This document shows positions 30,062 through 40,809 of a stretch of DNA of 58,422 nt, one piece after another. This DNA comes from Bacteroidota bacterium (GTDB taxonomy: Bacteria; Bacteroidota; Bacteroidia; AKYH767-A; OLB10). The notes beneath the pieces were generated by a model. The model was not told the origin of the DNA. It saw nothing but the letters and a program-made list of their open reading frames with translations, and searched no databases. Position numbers and translations under genes: made by a program. The stretch is taken from the NCBI GenBank assembly GCA_031421935.1, contig JANOPQ010000038.1, positions 1-58,422 of the forward strand, read 5' to 3'. The stretch's first letter is position 1; the number at the start of each line of letters is the position of its first letter.

Positions 30062-31926
30062 AAAACAAAAAGAAACCAAATTCTTTCTGTATCATGAAGT
30101 TTTCCTTCTAAAAATTTATCTTTTAGGCGCTCCACTAGAGCTGGATTAAATAGATTTTGCTTTACAATAAAATCGTGATCCATCACGTCCAAGAATAAAT
30201 CCTTTAACTCAACTCTCAACCAATTTTTCACAGGAACACCAAAACCCATTTTAGGTCGATTCATAATTTCGACAGGAACATATTGGTGTACGATATCTTT
30301 TAAGATACGCTTCCCTTTCCCTTCAAACAATTTATATTCGTCTGGTAAAGTTGCGACAAACTCAAGTAATCTATGATCCAAAAAGGGCTCTCTTCCTTCT
30401 AGACTTGCTGACATAGTGGCGCGATCCACTTTTTGTAGTATATCATCAACTAAATACGTCTTGTATTCTACTGCTAAAATTTTATTGAGATTTGAGATTT
30501 TGCTATTTAATTCTGAGCCCTGATTAAAAACTGTTTTAGGAATTTGAAAAGGATGAATTAGCAATCGATCCAACTCAGCCGTACTAAATGTTTCATTAAA
30601 ATGATTGAATGCTTCAAGTGGATCTTTTGAACTCAGCACATCATGCAGTCGACTCCATTTATCCGCTTTTTCAAAATCACTAGAAAATAAATTTGAAATC
30701 AAAGAAGATGGTTTTGCAGCAACTTTTTGCAAGAAAGTTGGAATCTTACTTATTGCATCAAGATAATTTCTACCTTTTTGATGCCGCGGATATCCTGCGA
30801 ACAATTCATCACCTGCATCTGCTGAAAGTGCAACCGTCACATATTGTCTAGCAATTCGACTGACTAGTGTTGTTGGAATAGCAGATGAATCTCCGAAAGG
30901 TTCATCATACAAATCAGGTAACAATGGAATAATATCCATAGCATCCTTCATTTTACAAATATATTCGTGATGATTCGTTCCGAGATGATCCGCTACTTTC
31001 TTCGCTTCCTTCGATTCATCAAAATCCTTATTTTCAAAACCTATAGTATAAGTATTTATTTTTTTCTGCGACTTACTTAAGAGCGCTGCAACAGCAGTAC
31101 TATCATAACCGCCACTTAAAAATACGCCAACTGGAACATCGGCAACCATTCTATAATTAAAAGCAGATTCCATTAGTTCTTCTGTCTTCAACTTAGCATC
31201 CTCATAACTTAACAAAGAAGGTTCTTGATTGTAAGCATCAAAAGCATTCCAATAGCAATGCGAAGTTTCTTCTTTTGACTTTAAATCAATACACAACCAA
31301 TGACCAGGATTAATTTTGAAGGTATTCTTAAAAATACAGAAAGGTGCAGGAATATTTCCATGCTTAAAATAGAGTGCAAGAGCATCTTTATTCAACTCCT
31401 TTTCAAATGATGAACATTGGTGAAATGCTTTTAATTCAGAGGCAAACAAATACACTCCATTATTTTTATAATAAAACAATGGTTTTACTCCAGCACGATC
31501 ACGAACCAAAAAGATTTTTCCTTTCTCATCGTCAAACAAAGCAATCGAAAACATTCCAATAAATTTTTCTATTACGGATATCCCCCACTCTTTATAACCG
31601 TTTAAAATAACTTCAGTATCAGAATTAGATTTAAAGAAATGACCTAAATCTATTAACTCTTTTCTTAACTCCTGATAGTTGTAAATTTCACCATTCAACA
31701 TCACTAACAACTTACCATCTGCATGGTACATGGGTTGATGACCTAATGGACTTAAATCAATAATTGACAATCGACGAAAACCAAAACCAATATGGGCATT
31801 TGCATTCTGCAAAAACTCATAGCCACTGTCATCAGGTCCACGATGAACAAGTGTGTCGGCCATTGCCTTTAAGACTTTTAGATCTTCACGCTTATTAAAG
31901 TCAATAAATCCGGCAAATCCACACAT
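30034..31926 (-). CDS. asnB: Asparagine synthase (glutamine-hydrolysing) family amidotransferase
   Basis: N-terminal MCG, HRGPD, RRLSIIDL, NGEIYN, LSGGYDS and KVDRATM motifs. Confidence 0.93.
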   Translation of the reverse strand: MCGFAGFIDFNKREDLKVLKAMADTLVHRGPDDSGYEFLQNANAHIGFGFRRLSIIDLSPLGHQPMYHADGKLLVMLNGEIYNYQELRKELIDLGHFFKSNSDTEVILNGYKEWGISVIEKFIGMFSIALFDDEKGKIFLVRDRAGVKPLFYYKNNGVYLFASELKAFHQCSSFEKELNKDALALYFKHGNIPAPFCIFKNTFKINPGHWLCIDLKSKEETSHCYWNAFDAYNQEPSLLSYEDAKLKTEELMESAFNYRMVADVPVGVFLSGGYDSTAVAALLSKSQKKINTYTIGFENKDFDESKEAKKVADHLGTNHHEYICKMKDAMDIIPLLPDLYDEPFGDSSAIPTTLVSRIARQYVTVALSADAGDELFAGYPRHQKGRNYLDAISKIPTFLQKVAAKPSSLISNLFSSDFEKADKWSRLHDVLSSKDPLEAFNHFNETFSTAELDRLLIHPFQIPKTVFNQGSELNSKISNLNKILAVEYKTYLVDDILQKVDRATMSASLEGREPFLDHRLLEFVATLPDEYKLFEGKGKRILKDIVHQYVPVEIMNRPKMGFGVPVKNWLRVELKDLFLDVMDHDFIVKQNLFNPALVERLKDKFLEGKLHDTERIWFLFVFQLWYKRWM

Positions 31927-32014
31927 TATTTACAAAATTATCATAAAGTAGCTAGAGAGGAGAACTAAAGTAGAAAAAACACTAATTTTACAGCATAATA
32001 GTCGTAAAAATTCA

Positions 32015-32953
32015 ATGATTCCATACGTTTCCCCGCATTCAAAAAAGGAGTTGTCAATACATGGCAACAAACTTCAAAATACTGACAATGAATCTTTTCC
32101 AGTTATAAATGGGATTCCTCGATTTGTTCCTGTGGACAATTATGCTTCAGCATTTGGGCTTCAATGGAAAACATTTGCAAAAACACAGTTAGATAGTTTT
32201 AGCAAGACAACGATCACTCAAGATCGTTTAGAGCGTTGCCTTGGTTTTCCCATTGAAGGACTTGAAAACAAAACAGTTTTAGAAGTTGGTTGTGGAGCTG
32301 GTCGTTTCACCGAACTTCTAGTAAAAGGAAAAGGCTTAGTACATTCAATAGATTTAAGCGTTGCCGTAGAAACCAACAAAGAAAATATTGGGGATGCGGC
32401 GAACTACCAAGTTGCCCAAGCAAGCGTTTATGAACTGCCCTATGCTGATGAGAGTTTTGACATTGTTATCTGTCTTGGTGTAATACAGCACACTCCATCA
32501 TCAGAAAAAACAATGGAAGCCTTATGGACGAAAGTGAAGCCAGGTGGACTGCTTGTTATTGATCATTATAAATGGCGAATTGGTTATTATTCAACATTAG
32601 TTCCAATTTACAGAGCAATTTTAAAAGAAATGAAGCCTGAGAAATCAAAGAAAATTGTTGACTCATTAGTAGACTTCTTTTTCCCATTACATTGGAAACT
32701 GAGAAACCAAACTATTTTAAATTGGTTGCTACATCGCGTTTCACCTTTGATTGTATATATTAATCTATTCAAAGATCAGGATCGCAACTTCCATTATGAA
32801 TGGAGCAAACTCGACACCTACGATTCGCTCACGGACTACTACAAACACTTACGAACTCCATCTCAAATAAAAAATACTTTAGAACAATTAGGAGCTAAAG
32901 ATATTTGGATAAATGAGGGTGGAAATGGTGTGGAAGCGAGGTGTAAGAAATAG
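32015..32953 (+). CDS. Class I SAM-dependent methyltransferase with Trm112-like N-terminus
   Basis: FPVINGIPRF; VLEVGCGAGR; GVIQHTP; KPGG. Confidence 0.88.
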   Translation: MIPYVSPHSKKELSIHGNKLQNTDNESFPVINGIPRFVPVDNYASAFGLQWKTFAKTQLDSFSKTTITQDRLERCLGFPIEGLENKTVLEVGCGAGRFTELLVKGKGLVHSIDLSVAVETNKENIGDAANYQVAQASVYELPYADESFDIVICLGVIQHTPSSEKTMEALWTKVKPGGLLVIDHYKWRIGYYSTLVPIYRAILKEMKPEKSKKIVDSLVDFFFPLHWKLRNQTILNWLLHRVSPLIVYINLFKDQDRNFHYEWSKLDTYDSLTDYYKHLRTPSQIKNTLEQLGAKDIWINEGGNGVEARCKK

Positions 32954-32955
32954 AA

Positions 32956-33777
32956 ATGGAAGCAATTACTAAAGATAAAGCCAGTGAGGAGTATTGGTCT
33001 AACTTTTGGCTGAATCACCCGCTACCTGCTGAAATAAATGTGAGCATAAAAAGCAATGCTACTTTCCCTGCACGACAATTTCATGAATTCTATTTACAGC
33101 TTTTCCAGTCAACTAATACTGATAAAAAATTAATTGAAATTGGATGTGGTAACTCAGTTTGGTTATCTTATTTTGCCAAACAATATCAATTTAATGTTTC
33201 TGGAATTGATTATTCGGAATTCGGATGTGAGCAAACACGCAAAATACTTTCCAGAGATAACATTGCAGGAAGTATCCACTTTGGAGATTTGTTTAATCCA
33301 CCTATTGAATTAAAAAATAAATTTGATGTGGTCTGTTCCTTTGGTGTTGTTGAACATTTTAATAACACCGAAGATGTATTAAAACACATTGGAGAATTTA
33401 TGAATGCTGATGGACTATTGATAACGACTATTCCAAACCTCACTGGAATTACAGGATGGTTACAGAAATGGATGAACAAACCTGTTTATGATATTCACAA
33501 AGTCATGACTTTAAAAAATATTCAAACACATATTGAGAATGCTGGATTTACCATTGTCAAAAGTACTTTACTCAATCCTATTTCATTTGGAGTTACATTG
33601 GATGAAATCGACAATCAAAAGGTGAAATTAAAAGGATTCAAGAAATTAATATTAAAATGCTTTCAAGTGATGGAGCTCATTGGACGAAAAATTGATGACC
33701 ACCTTTTCAAGCTTCCTAAAACTGAATTACTTTGTGCTGGAATGATCGTAGTAGCCAAGAAAAACAAAGCCGAATAA
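32956..33777 (+). CDS. Class I SAM-dependent methyltransferase
   Basis: IEIGCG, GIDYS and FDVVCSFGVVEHF motifs. Confidence 0.88.
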   Translation: MEAITKDKASEEYWSNFWLNHPLPAEINVSIKSNATFPARQFHEFYLQLFQSTNTDKKLIEIGCGNSVWLSYFAKQYQFNVSGIDYSEFGCEQTRKILSRDNIAGSIHFGDLFNPPIELKNKFDVVCSFGVVEHFNNTEDVLKHIGEFMNADGLLITTIPNLTGITGWLQKWMNKPVYDIHKVMTLKNIQTHIENAGFTIVKSTLLNPISFGVTLDEIDNQKVKLKGFKKLILKCFQVMELIGRKIDDHLFKLPKTELLCAGMIVVAKKNKAE

Positions 33778-33786
33778 CGAACGGCC

Positions 33787-34827
33787 ATGAAAATCATTCA
33801 TACTTATCTCAGCAATTCATCTTTTATAAAAAAAGATGCGGCCATTTTTTCTGAAATCGGTGAGTTGGAAAATTATGAATTCATAATTAAGAGTAAAATC
33901 CATTTACCATTCTCTTTCATACGCCAATTCATTTTCCTTCTTACTTCGGGATGGAAAGCACATGTGTTCATTGTACAGTTTTGTGGTTATCATGCATTCC
34001 TTCCTACTCTATTCGCGCGAATTACTGGAAAAAAATCGATTATCATATCAGGCGGGACCGACTGTGTTTCTTTTCCAAGAATAGGTTATGGTTATTTTAA
34101 TAAACCCATTTTAAAAACGTTCACGAAATGGTCATATCAACTTTGTCATCACATTTTACCGAAACATGAATCATTATGGTTTTGTGATTATCATTACGAT
34201 GCGACCGAACCATCAGCACAAGGGATAAAAGCTTTTATCCCTAAATTAAAAACTCCACATACAGTAATAACAAACGGCTATGATCCTGAGCAATGGCCCT
34301 TGCAAAATTTAGATAGGAAAAAAAATAGTTTTATCACTTTGTCGGGAGCTTTCGAATATCCATTCCAGGTTCAACTGAAAGGCATTGATTTGATTTTAGA
34401 AGTTGCTCCACATTTTCCAGAATGTACATTTACAATTGCTGGAGTACCATCACATATTCAATTAAATATCCAATCAGATAATATTATTGTTCTTCCTCCT
34501 ATTCCACATCATGAATTAGCAGCTTTTTTTAATACTTATGAATATTATATGCAATTATCGATGGCAGAAGGATTTCCGAATGCATTATGTGAAGCGATGC
34601 TTTGTGGATGTATTCCTATTGTTTCAGATGTATTTTCGTTGCGAGAGATTACAGGAAACGAAATAAAAACACTTTCAACAAGAAACAAAGAAAAATTAAT
34701 TGAACTAATTTATACTTTGTTAAACGAAACTAAAAGAGATACTTTTCGACAGCGTACATTAATTTCTGAACGGTTTCCAATTTCAAACAGGAAAAAACAA
34801 ATTGAAAAATTACTTTCTAGTTTATAA
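33787..34827 (+). CDS. Glycosyltransferase family 4
   Basis: KGID and EGFPNALCEAMLCG motifs. Confidence 0.88.
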   Translation: MKIIHTYLSNSSFIKKDAAIFSEIGELENYEFIIKSKIHLPFSFIRQFIFLLTSGWKAHVFIVQFCGYHAFLPTLFARITGKKSIIISGGTDCVSFPRIGYGYFNKPILKTFTKWSYQLCHHILPKHESLWFCDYHYDATEPSAQGIKAFIPKLKTPHTVITNGYDPEQWPLQNLDRKKNSFITLSGAFEYPFQVQLKGIDLILEVAPHFPECTFTIAGVPSHIQLNIQSDNIIVLPPIPHHELAAFFNTYEYYMQLSMAEGFPNALCEAMLCGCIPIVSDVFSLREITGNEIKTLSTRNKEKLIELIYTLLNETKRDTFRQRTLISERFPISNRKKQIEKLLSSL

Positions 34828-34834
34828 AGAATCC

Positions 34835-36670
34835 TCAACTCCGACCTTTCCCCATCCACCACCTCAAAACCAATAATCGCCAAACTAAGTTTGCGTTTTT
34901 GTTATTACCGCGCTTAAAATCGTCGATAATCAACTTTACTTTATCATTTTGCAAGAAGTCGATGTCTTTGAAATTTTGGTCGAGTAAGAATGACAACGGT
35001 CCTCGCAACCACTTTACTTCGCCCGGCGTAACGAATCCCTTTTTGTCTTTACGGTCGGTGATAGCAGGTGGCATGATGTCGCGCATGGACTCACGCAAAA
35101 TACGTTTAGTAACGCCTTTATGGATCTTTGCCTCGTCAGGTAAACTAAATGCCAACTCAACCAAACGATGATCTAAGAATGGAACCCTCGACTCGATTGA
35201 AAACGCCATAGAGTTGCGATCTTCAAACTGTAATAGTGTTGGTAAACTGCTGGCAAAGGTGAGTTGATATAAGAATTGATTTAAGCGAGAACCCTTGTTC
35301 TCTTTTAACTGAAATGGAATTTTATTACTCTTTGATAAAAATGGATAGTATCTTTTATACTCTAATTCATACAGAGCTTGCTCAGGTTGAAATCCTGCTA
35401 ATACACTTTTCAAAAACAAACTTGATTTCTTTCCCAATGAAAAATCTTGCATAGCAGCATGTGTATTCAATTGCTGCAATGCGGAACCGATTCTTCCCTT
35501 CCCCAATTCTCCGCCAATAAGTCGAAAAAGTGAATGCATATAACCACCCAACATTTCATCCGACCCTTGCCCATCTAATAATACCTTTATTCCTTTCGAA
35601 GCCGCCAATTGCATGACGAAGTATTGAGAGATAGGCGAAGACCCCGCTAAAGGCACATCCGCATGCCAGATGGCTCTTTCGAAGGAATTTCGAATGTCGT
35701 CATCGCTAGGTGTAAAATAGTAAGGATCCAATTGCGGATACTTTTTTAGAACTTCTGTAACCCAAGGACGTTCGTCAACTTCATTTTCCCCCTCGTAGTA
35801 AACGGTAAATGTTTTAAATTTTGAATTGGGAAACTCTTTTCCAATAACGGAAGCAATAGCTGAACTATCCAATCCTCCGCTTAAACAACCACCTACTTCC
35901 ACATCACTGCGCATGTGAAGATTCACACTATCTAAAAACAAATCTCTAAACTTCGCCTTCGACTCTTCCCAACTTAAATTACTTTGCTTTTGAGTATCGA
36001 TATCCCAATAGCGAACTATCTCTATTTCTTTATCTGCTTTGTAAATCAAATTACAACCTGCAGGCAATGCATGAATGGAATTATAATAAGTTTCATCCTT
36101 CCAAGTATTCCATCCTAACTGCAATCCACGAGCAACCTGTGCTTCGTTAATTTCTGAAGTAAAGAGTGAAGAAGGAAATAACGCTTTATACTCCGAACCA
36201 AAATAAAATCGATCACCTTGATTTAAATAGAAGAAGGGTTTGATCCCAAAGCGATCTCGGGAACAAAACAACAGTTGCTTCTCTTCATCCCATAATGCAA
36301 ACGACCACATTCCAACAAAATGTTGAACGCAATCGAATCCATATTTTTCATATGCCGCTAAAATAACTTCCGTATCCGAATTGGTTTTGAATGCAACTCC
36401 AGTAGCTTCTAATGTTTTTCGTATCTCCCTATAGTTATATACTTCACCGTTGTACACAATTGCATTACGTCCTCTGAACATGGGCTGATTACCATCCACA
36501 CTCAAGTCGATAATGGATAAACGATTATGCCCTAAACCAACGGCACCGTCAAAATATTTTCCGCGAGCATCGGGTCCACGATGGGCAATAGACTGCAGCA
36601 TTTTTTCCAAAAGCGGATCCTGATCTGCCTTTGATAATCTACTATCAATAAAACCTGCAATACCACACAT
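34835..36670 (-). CDS. asnB: Asparagine synthase family amidotransferase, second copy
   Basis: MCGIAG, HRGPD, RDRFGIKP, LSGGLDSS and EDRNSMAFSIESRVPFLD motifs. Confidence 0.93.
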   Translation of the reverse strand: MCGIAGFIDSRLSKADQDPLLEKMLQSIAHRGPDARGKYFDGAVGLGHNRLSIIDLSVDGNQPMFRGRNAIVYNGEVYNYREIRKTLEATGVAFKTNSDTEVILAAYEKYGFDCVQHFVGMWSFALWDEEKQLLFCSRDRFGIKPFFYLNQGDRFYFGSEYKALFPSSLFTSEINEAQVARGLQLGWNTWKDETYYNSIHALPAGCNLIYKADKEIEIVRYWDIDTQKQSNLSWEESKAKFRDLFLDSVNLHMRSDVEVGGCLSGGLDSSAIASVIGKEFPNSKFKTFTVYYEGENEVDERPWVTEVLKKYPQLDPYYFTPSDDDIRNSFERAIWHADVPLAGSSPISQYFVMQLAASKGIKVLLDGQGSDEMLGGYMHSLFRLIGGELGKGRIGSALQQLNTHAAMQDFSLGKKSSLFLKSVLAGFQPEQALYELEYKRYYPFLSKSNKIPFQLKENKGSRLNQFLYQLTFASSLPTLLQFEDRNSMAFSIESRVPFLDHRLVELAFSLPDEAKIHKGVTKRILRESMRDIMPPAITDRKDKKGFVTPGEVKWLRGPLSFLLDQNFKDIDFLQNDKVKLIIDDFKRGNNKNANLVWRLLVLRWWMGKGRS

Positions 36671-36679
36671 ATAAATTTT

Positions 36680-37990
36680 TTATTTTGAATCGGCTAATAT
36701 TATTGATAGTCGTTTGGTGAGTGTCTCTCGTGTATAATTTTTAATGGAATCATTTGCGAATGCATACTCCTTGCCACTCTTCCATAATTCCAATTTCTGA
36801 CAAAGCCAAGCAAACATTTTAGTCTCTTCATTTCGCTCAAACATTTCACCTGCCTCGCATTCTCGCAAAATAGCAGCAGCATCACCATGCTTCGGACCAA
36901 TGCCAATGATGAATCGTTTTGAACCCAAATATTCAAATAATTTTCCTGTTAAAATACCTTTGGCACCTGCAGTATCTGGAATAATCAACAGCAATGCATT
37001 AGCCTTTTGCATTTCAGTTACGGCTTCATCATGACTGATATGTCCACCCCATTCACAAAAGGATTCGAGTCCTAATCCGTCCACCATTTTCTTTAGCGTC
37101 CAAGGTGCATCTCCAATAAACTTAAAACGAATTTTTCGATTAGAATTTTGAGTCACTAATTTTTTGAATACATTAAAAAATATTTCAGGATGATATGAAT
37201 CTGCCATCGTGCCTACATAGGTAATCGTAAATGTATCTTTGGAATTTTCAACATCAGTTTTAAAGTCGCTTTCATCATACCCATTGGGCAACACTTGAAT
37301 TTTATCGGGAATAATCAAGACCGATTTCTTTAAAAATGAATACTTGATGGGTTCACTCACCACTATAATTGAATCTGATTCCTCCAGCACTCGCTTCTCA
37401 AATTGCGCATCCTTTTTCTTGGCACGCCCGCCATGCAATAAATCTTTATAGTAATAAATATCGGTCCATGGATCACGCAAATCTGCCACCCAACGAACTG
37501 CAGGAAATTCTTTCTTCAATTTCAAACCTATCAACTGAGAAGAATGCGGGGGGCTCGAAATATAAACACAATCTATTTTTTCTTCTTTAATAATTCTTTT
37601 TGCTTCCTCAAAAGCATATTTTGTCCAACCTACACGCGCATCTGGAATAAAAAAATTACCACGCACCCATCTCAACAATTTTTGCTTTTTCGATTCTTTA
37701 TTTGCATTGGCGAATCCACCATAAGGCACATTCTTCTTTCCGATCAGAGAAGATAAAATATTAAGTGGCTCGAATGAATTTGTTCTAACTACTTTCACAT
37801 GGGCCGGAACTTCCTTCATTAAAGAATGATCATTCAACGGATAACTTGCTTTTGTTTCATCCACCGTTAACACGATTGGAGAAAATCCCATTTGCGAAAG
37901 ATACTTGACAAACTTAAGTGAACGCTGCACCCCTGCTCCACCGCTTGGCGGCCAGTAGTAGGTGATGACGAGCACTTTTTTCAAATTCAT
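36680..37990 (-). CDS. Glycosyltransferase family 4
   Basis: YYWPPSGGAGVQR, SSPPHS, ADLRDPW and GKLFEY motifs. Confidence 0.9.
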   Translation of the reverse strand: MNLKKVLVITYYWPPSGGAGVQRSLKFVKYLSQMGFSPIVLTVDETKASYPLNDHSLMKEVPAHVKVVRTNSFEPLNILSSLIGKKNVPYGGFANANKESKKQKLLRWVRGNFFIPDARVGWTKYAFEEAKRIIKEEKIDCVYISSPPHSSQLIGLKLKKEFPAVRWVADLRDPWTDIYYYKDLLHGGRAKKKDAQFEKRVLEESDSIIVVSEPIKYSFLKKSVLIIPDKIQVLPNGYDESDFKTDVENSKDTFTITYVGTMADSYHPEIFFNVFKKLVTQNSNRKIRFKFIGDAPWTLKKMVDGLGLESFCEWGGHISHDEAVTEMQKANALLLIIPDTAGAKGILTGKLFEYLGSKRFIIGIGPKHGDAAAILRECEAGEMFERNEETKMFAWLCQKLELWKSGKEYAFANDSIKNYTRETLTKRLSIILADSK

Positions 37991-37996
37991 TGGGGT

Positions 37997-40417
37997 TTAT
38001 GCTTTCTTTTTCAATTCAACATAAGTAGCCGTTGCAAACAAGAGCAATAAAAGGATAGAACTTGCTAAGGCAATATTTTCTCCGTTCTTGTAAGCTGGAG
38101 GTTCAAACTTAAATTCAACTTTATGTTTTCCAGCAGGAATTTCCATCGCTCTTAAAACATAGTTGGCTCTGATATGTGGAACTAATTTACCATCTAAATA
38201 AGCATCCCAGCCAATAGGATAATGAATTTCAGAAAACACAACTAAGTTATTTTTACTTCCATTTACTTCATACTCGAGATAATTGGGTGCCACTTTTCCA
38301 TTTTTAGCAATCAATTTTACACTTGCTGTAGAATCAACACCTTTTTGAGCATCTTTAATATCAGCCGTAAAACGTTGATCAAATACTGCTGTGGTTTTGG
38401 TATCCAAACTATCTAACGCTTTAATCTCAGCATCCGAATTTGGAACTACTTTCCAATCACTCACCACCCATGCGGCACCTAATGCTCCTGGATTCATTTG
38501 CACCATAGGCGATTGATTTTCTGGATTGCGAACAATGAAATATTTTGCGTTCAACATATTTAACACATTCATATTCCCTTTGCTGATCTGGTTTTCAATT
38601 AACTCTTGATAGCGCTTCAACTTTGCACCGTGATATCCTCCAATAGAACGATGGAAATAAGAAGTACTGGCATCGTTGAAAGTACTAACGGATGTATTCA
38701 TCACTCGGTAATATCCTTTATCTTGCATGATTTGTTCATCAGCAGGTGTCATTTCAAAAGGTTGTTCTGCCTTTGATTTAGACGTAAAATGGCTATCATT
38801 TAAATAACGTTTATCCACGGTCCACATATCGGCAAGAATTAAAAATGCGAGGATAGGCAACATTACAGAAAGCTTTAATTTATCTTTCAACCAATAAAAC
38901 ATCAAACCAAATGTCAATGCAATAAAAAAGAAAGACCTAAACGCATCTGAAGTTAATGCATGTTCACGATCTTGTCTTAAAGCAGTCAACAACCAATCAT
39001 ATTGTTTTAACTGCTCATCACTTTGCCCTTGAAAATCACAAAACAGTCCAGGCAGCAATGCAAATAATAAAGTTAATCCTCCACATATGTAAAACGAATA
39101 CAATAAATTTTTCTTCAATTTCGCTTTATCTACCTCTCCAGAAACAAATCGCATCAACCCTAACATTCCACCTAGTGGAATCATAAATGAAGCGATGGTT
39201 AACGCCATGGCAACGGATCTGAATTTATTATAACCTGGAACATGATCGAAGAAAATATCGGTAAGCGGTAAGAAATTTTTTCCCCACGATAACATCAAGA
39301 ATAATAAAAAAGAAGAAGCTATCCAAATACGTTGTGTTCCTTTCAATAAAAACATAGAAAGCACAAACAAGAAAAAGGCGATGGCTCCACTGTAAACAGG
39401 TCCTGATGTCATGGGTTGATCGCCCCAATACAAAGGAGCTTGTTGCGCAAATGAACGGGCTTGGGCATCTCCTGCATTCGAAGAAACGGCTTTATAAGAT
39501 TCAGATTTGCTATCGAGTTTATAGGCTGATGATCCGCCTGCAAAGTCAGGAATTAAAAGCGTCATCGATTCCATCTGCCCGTAACTCCATCCTAATGCAT
39601 AATCCTTATCGAGTCCTGTACTAATTTTTTTCTCAGTGAGTTCTGATGGACCACGAGTAGAATAATTTCCATACTCATAAGTTAATAACAAATTAGTGAT
39701 GTTTGGTAAGACAGCCAATGCTGCGGCCAATACAAGAAACACACTTGCTTTCATGAAATTGGCAAATTGCTTTTCTTGAATAGCCCGAACGAATTCGGCG
39801 ATTACCAACAGACCAATGGTGATGGCTACATAATATGTAATTTGTAAGTGATTTGCATACACCTGCATTGACAAACCTAAGGCTGTGATGGCAGCACCCA
39901 ATAACCATTTCCCTCGATAAGCCATCAATACACCCGCAAAGATGAGCGGAATTAAAGCGATAGCATGCACCTTTGTATTATGTCCTGCTTGGATAGAAAC
40001 AAAATAAAAAGAACAAAAAGCATAAGCAAAAGCACCGGCAATGGCTATCCGAAAATCGGCTTTGAAGGAAATCATCAACAAATAAAATCCGAGCATCGCC
40101 AAGAATAATAAGTTGATTGGATTTGGCATCCACAACCACATTATTTTATTTACATACTGAACCAAATTGGAAGGATATAAAACCGAAATTTGATAGGCAG
40201 GCATTCCACTAAACATAGAACCCGTCCATAAAGGCTCATCGGGATTTTCGGCTCGGTAGTCGGCAATTTCCTTTTGCATTCCGGTCCATTGTGCGATATC
40301 GTGCTGCTGCAAAGCTTTCCCCGAAAGTGCTGGACTAAAATAGATGAATGATATTAAGAGAAAGATTCCAATAGCAATTAAATGAGGTTGTAACTGCTTT
40401 AGCAAGGATGGTTTCAT
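37997..40417 (-). CDS. YfhO-family (GT-C-like) membrane protein
   Basis: WTGSMFSGMPAY, NHLQITYY, YWGDQP, GGYHGAKL and RANYVLRA motifs; many TM segments. Confidence 0.87.
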   Translation of the reverse strand: MKPSLLKQLQPHLIAIGIFLLISFIYFSPALSGKALQQHDIAQWTGMQKEIADYRAENPDEPLWTGSMFSGMPAYQISVLYPSNLVQYVNKIMWLWMPNPINLLFLAMLGFYLLMISFKADFRIAIAGAFAYAFCSFYFVSIQAGHNTKVHAIALIPLIFAGVLMAYRGKWLLGAAITALGLSMQVYANHLQITYYVAITIGLLVIAEFVRAIQEKQFANFMKASVFLVLAAALAVLPNITNLLLTYEYGNYSTRGPSELTEKKISTGLDKDYALGWSYGQMESMTLLIPDFAGGSSAYKLDSKSESYKAVSSNAGDAQARSFAQQAPLYWGDQPMTSGPVYSGAIAFFLFVLSMFLLKGTQRIWIASSFLLFLMLSWGKNFLPLTDIFFDHVPGYNKFRSVAMALTIASFMIPLGGMLGLMRFVSGEVDKAKLKKNLLYSFYICGGLTLLFALLPGLFCDFQGQSDEQLKQYDWLLTALRQDREHALTSDAFRSFFFIALTFGLMFYWLKDKLKLSVMLPILAFLILADMWTVDKRYLNDSHFTSKSKAEQPFEMTPADEQIMQDKGYYRVMNTSVSTFNDASTSYFHRSIGGYHGAKLKRYQELIENQISKGNMNVLNMLNAKYFIVRNPENQSPMVQMNPGALGAAWVVSDWKVVPNSDAEIKALDSLDTKTTAVFDQRFTADIKDAQKGVDSTASVKLIAKNGKVAPNYLEYEVNGSKNNLVVFSEIHYPIGWDAYLDGKLVPHIRANYVLRAMEIPAGKHKVEFKFEPPAYKNGENIALASSILLLLLFATATYVELKKKA

Positions 40418-40657
40418 AGTACCTAATTCTAATTTAAGAGGATGAAAATAGTGAGATTAATTTAGATAATTGCTTTTCGCTACATCCTTTAAAAAAGTTT
40501 AACCTTAAAAAGGGTAAAAAGGGATAAAAATCTATTATTTAATCTTAATCAAGCTACGTTCCTAGCCTATCCATTCATGTAAGTTAATGCATTGACGTCA
40601 GGCTAAATTAAACCTATATCAACAATTCGCAGATTGTTTGATTGCTATAATTCAAAT

Positions 40658-40687
40658 TGTAGAGTCGCCATTCATGGCGACTCTACA
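40658..40687. repeat. GTAG-type REP palindrome TGTAGAGTCGCCAT-TC-ATGGCGACTCTACA
   Basis: Perfect 14-bp arms with GTAG/CTAC termini. Confidence 0.85.
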
Positions 40688-40708
40688 GGATTTCACCCAC
40701 TTAATTGA

Positions 40709-40757
40709 GCCCGCCTTCCATAAAATTGGATTTCATCCAATTTTATGGAAGGCGGGC
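40709..40757. repeat. 49-bp palindrome with perfect 23-bp arms and CCCGCCT...AGGCGGG termini
   Basis: GCCCGCCTTCCATAAAATTGGAT-TTC-ATCCAATTTTATGGAAGGCGGGC. Confidence 0.92.
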
Positions 40758-40779
40758 ATAAGTATAAGGTTTGAATTCT

Positions 40780-40809
40780 TGTATGGGCGCATTATCATGC
40801 GCTCTTACA
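40780..40809. repeat. Degenerate REP-like palindrome TGTATGGGCGCAT-TATC-ATGCGCTCTTACA
   Basis: Same 30-bp length and TGTA/TACA ends as 40658-40687. Confidence 0.7.
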
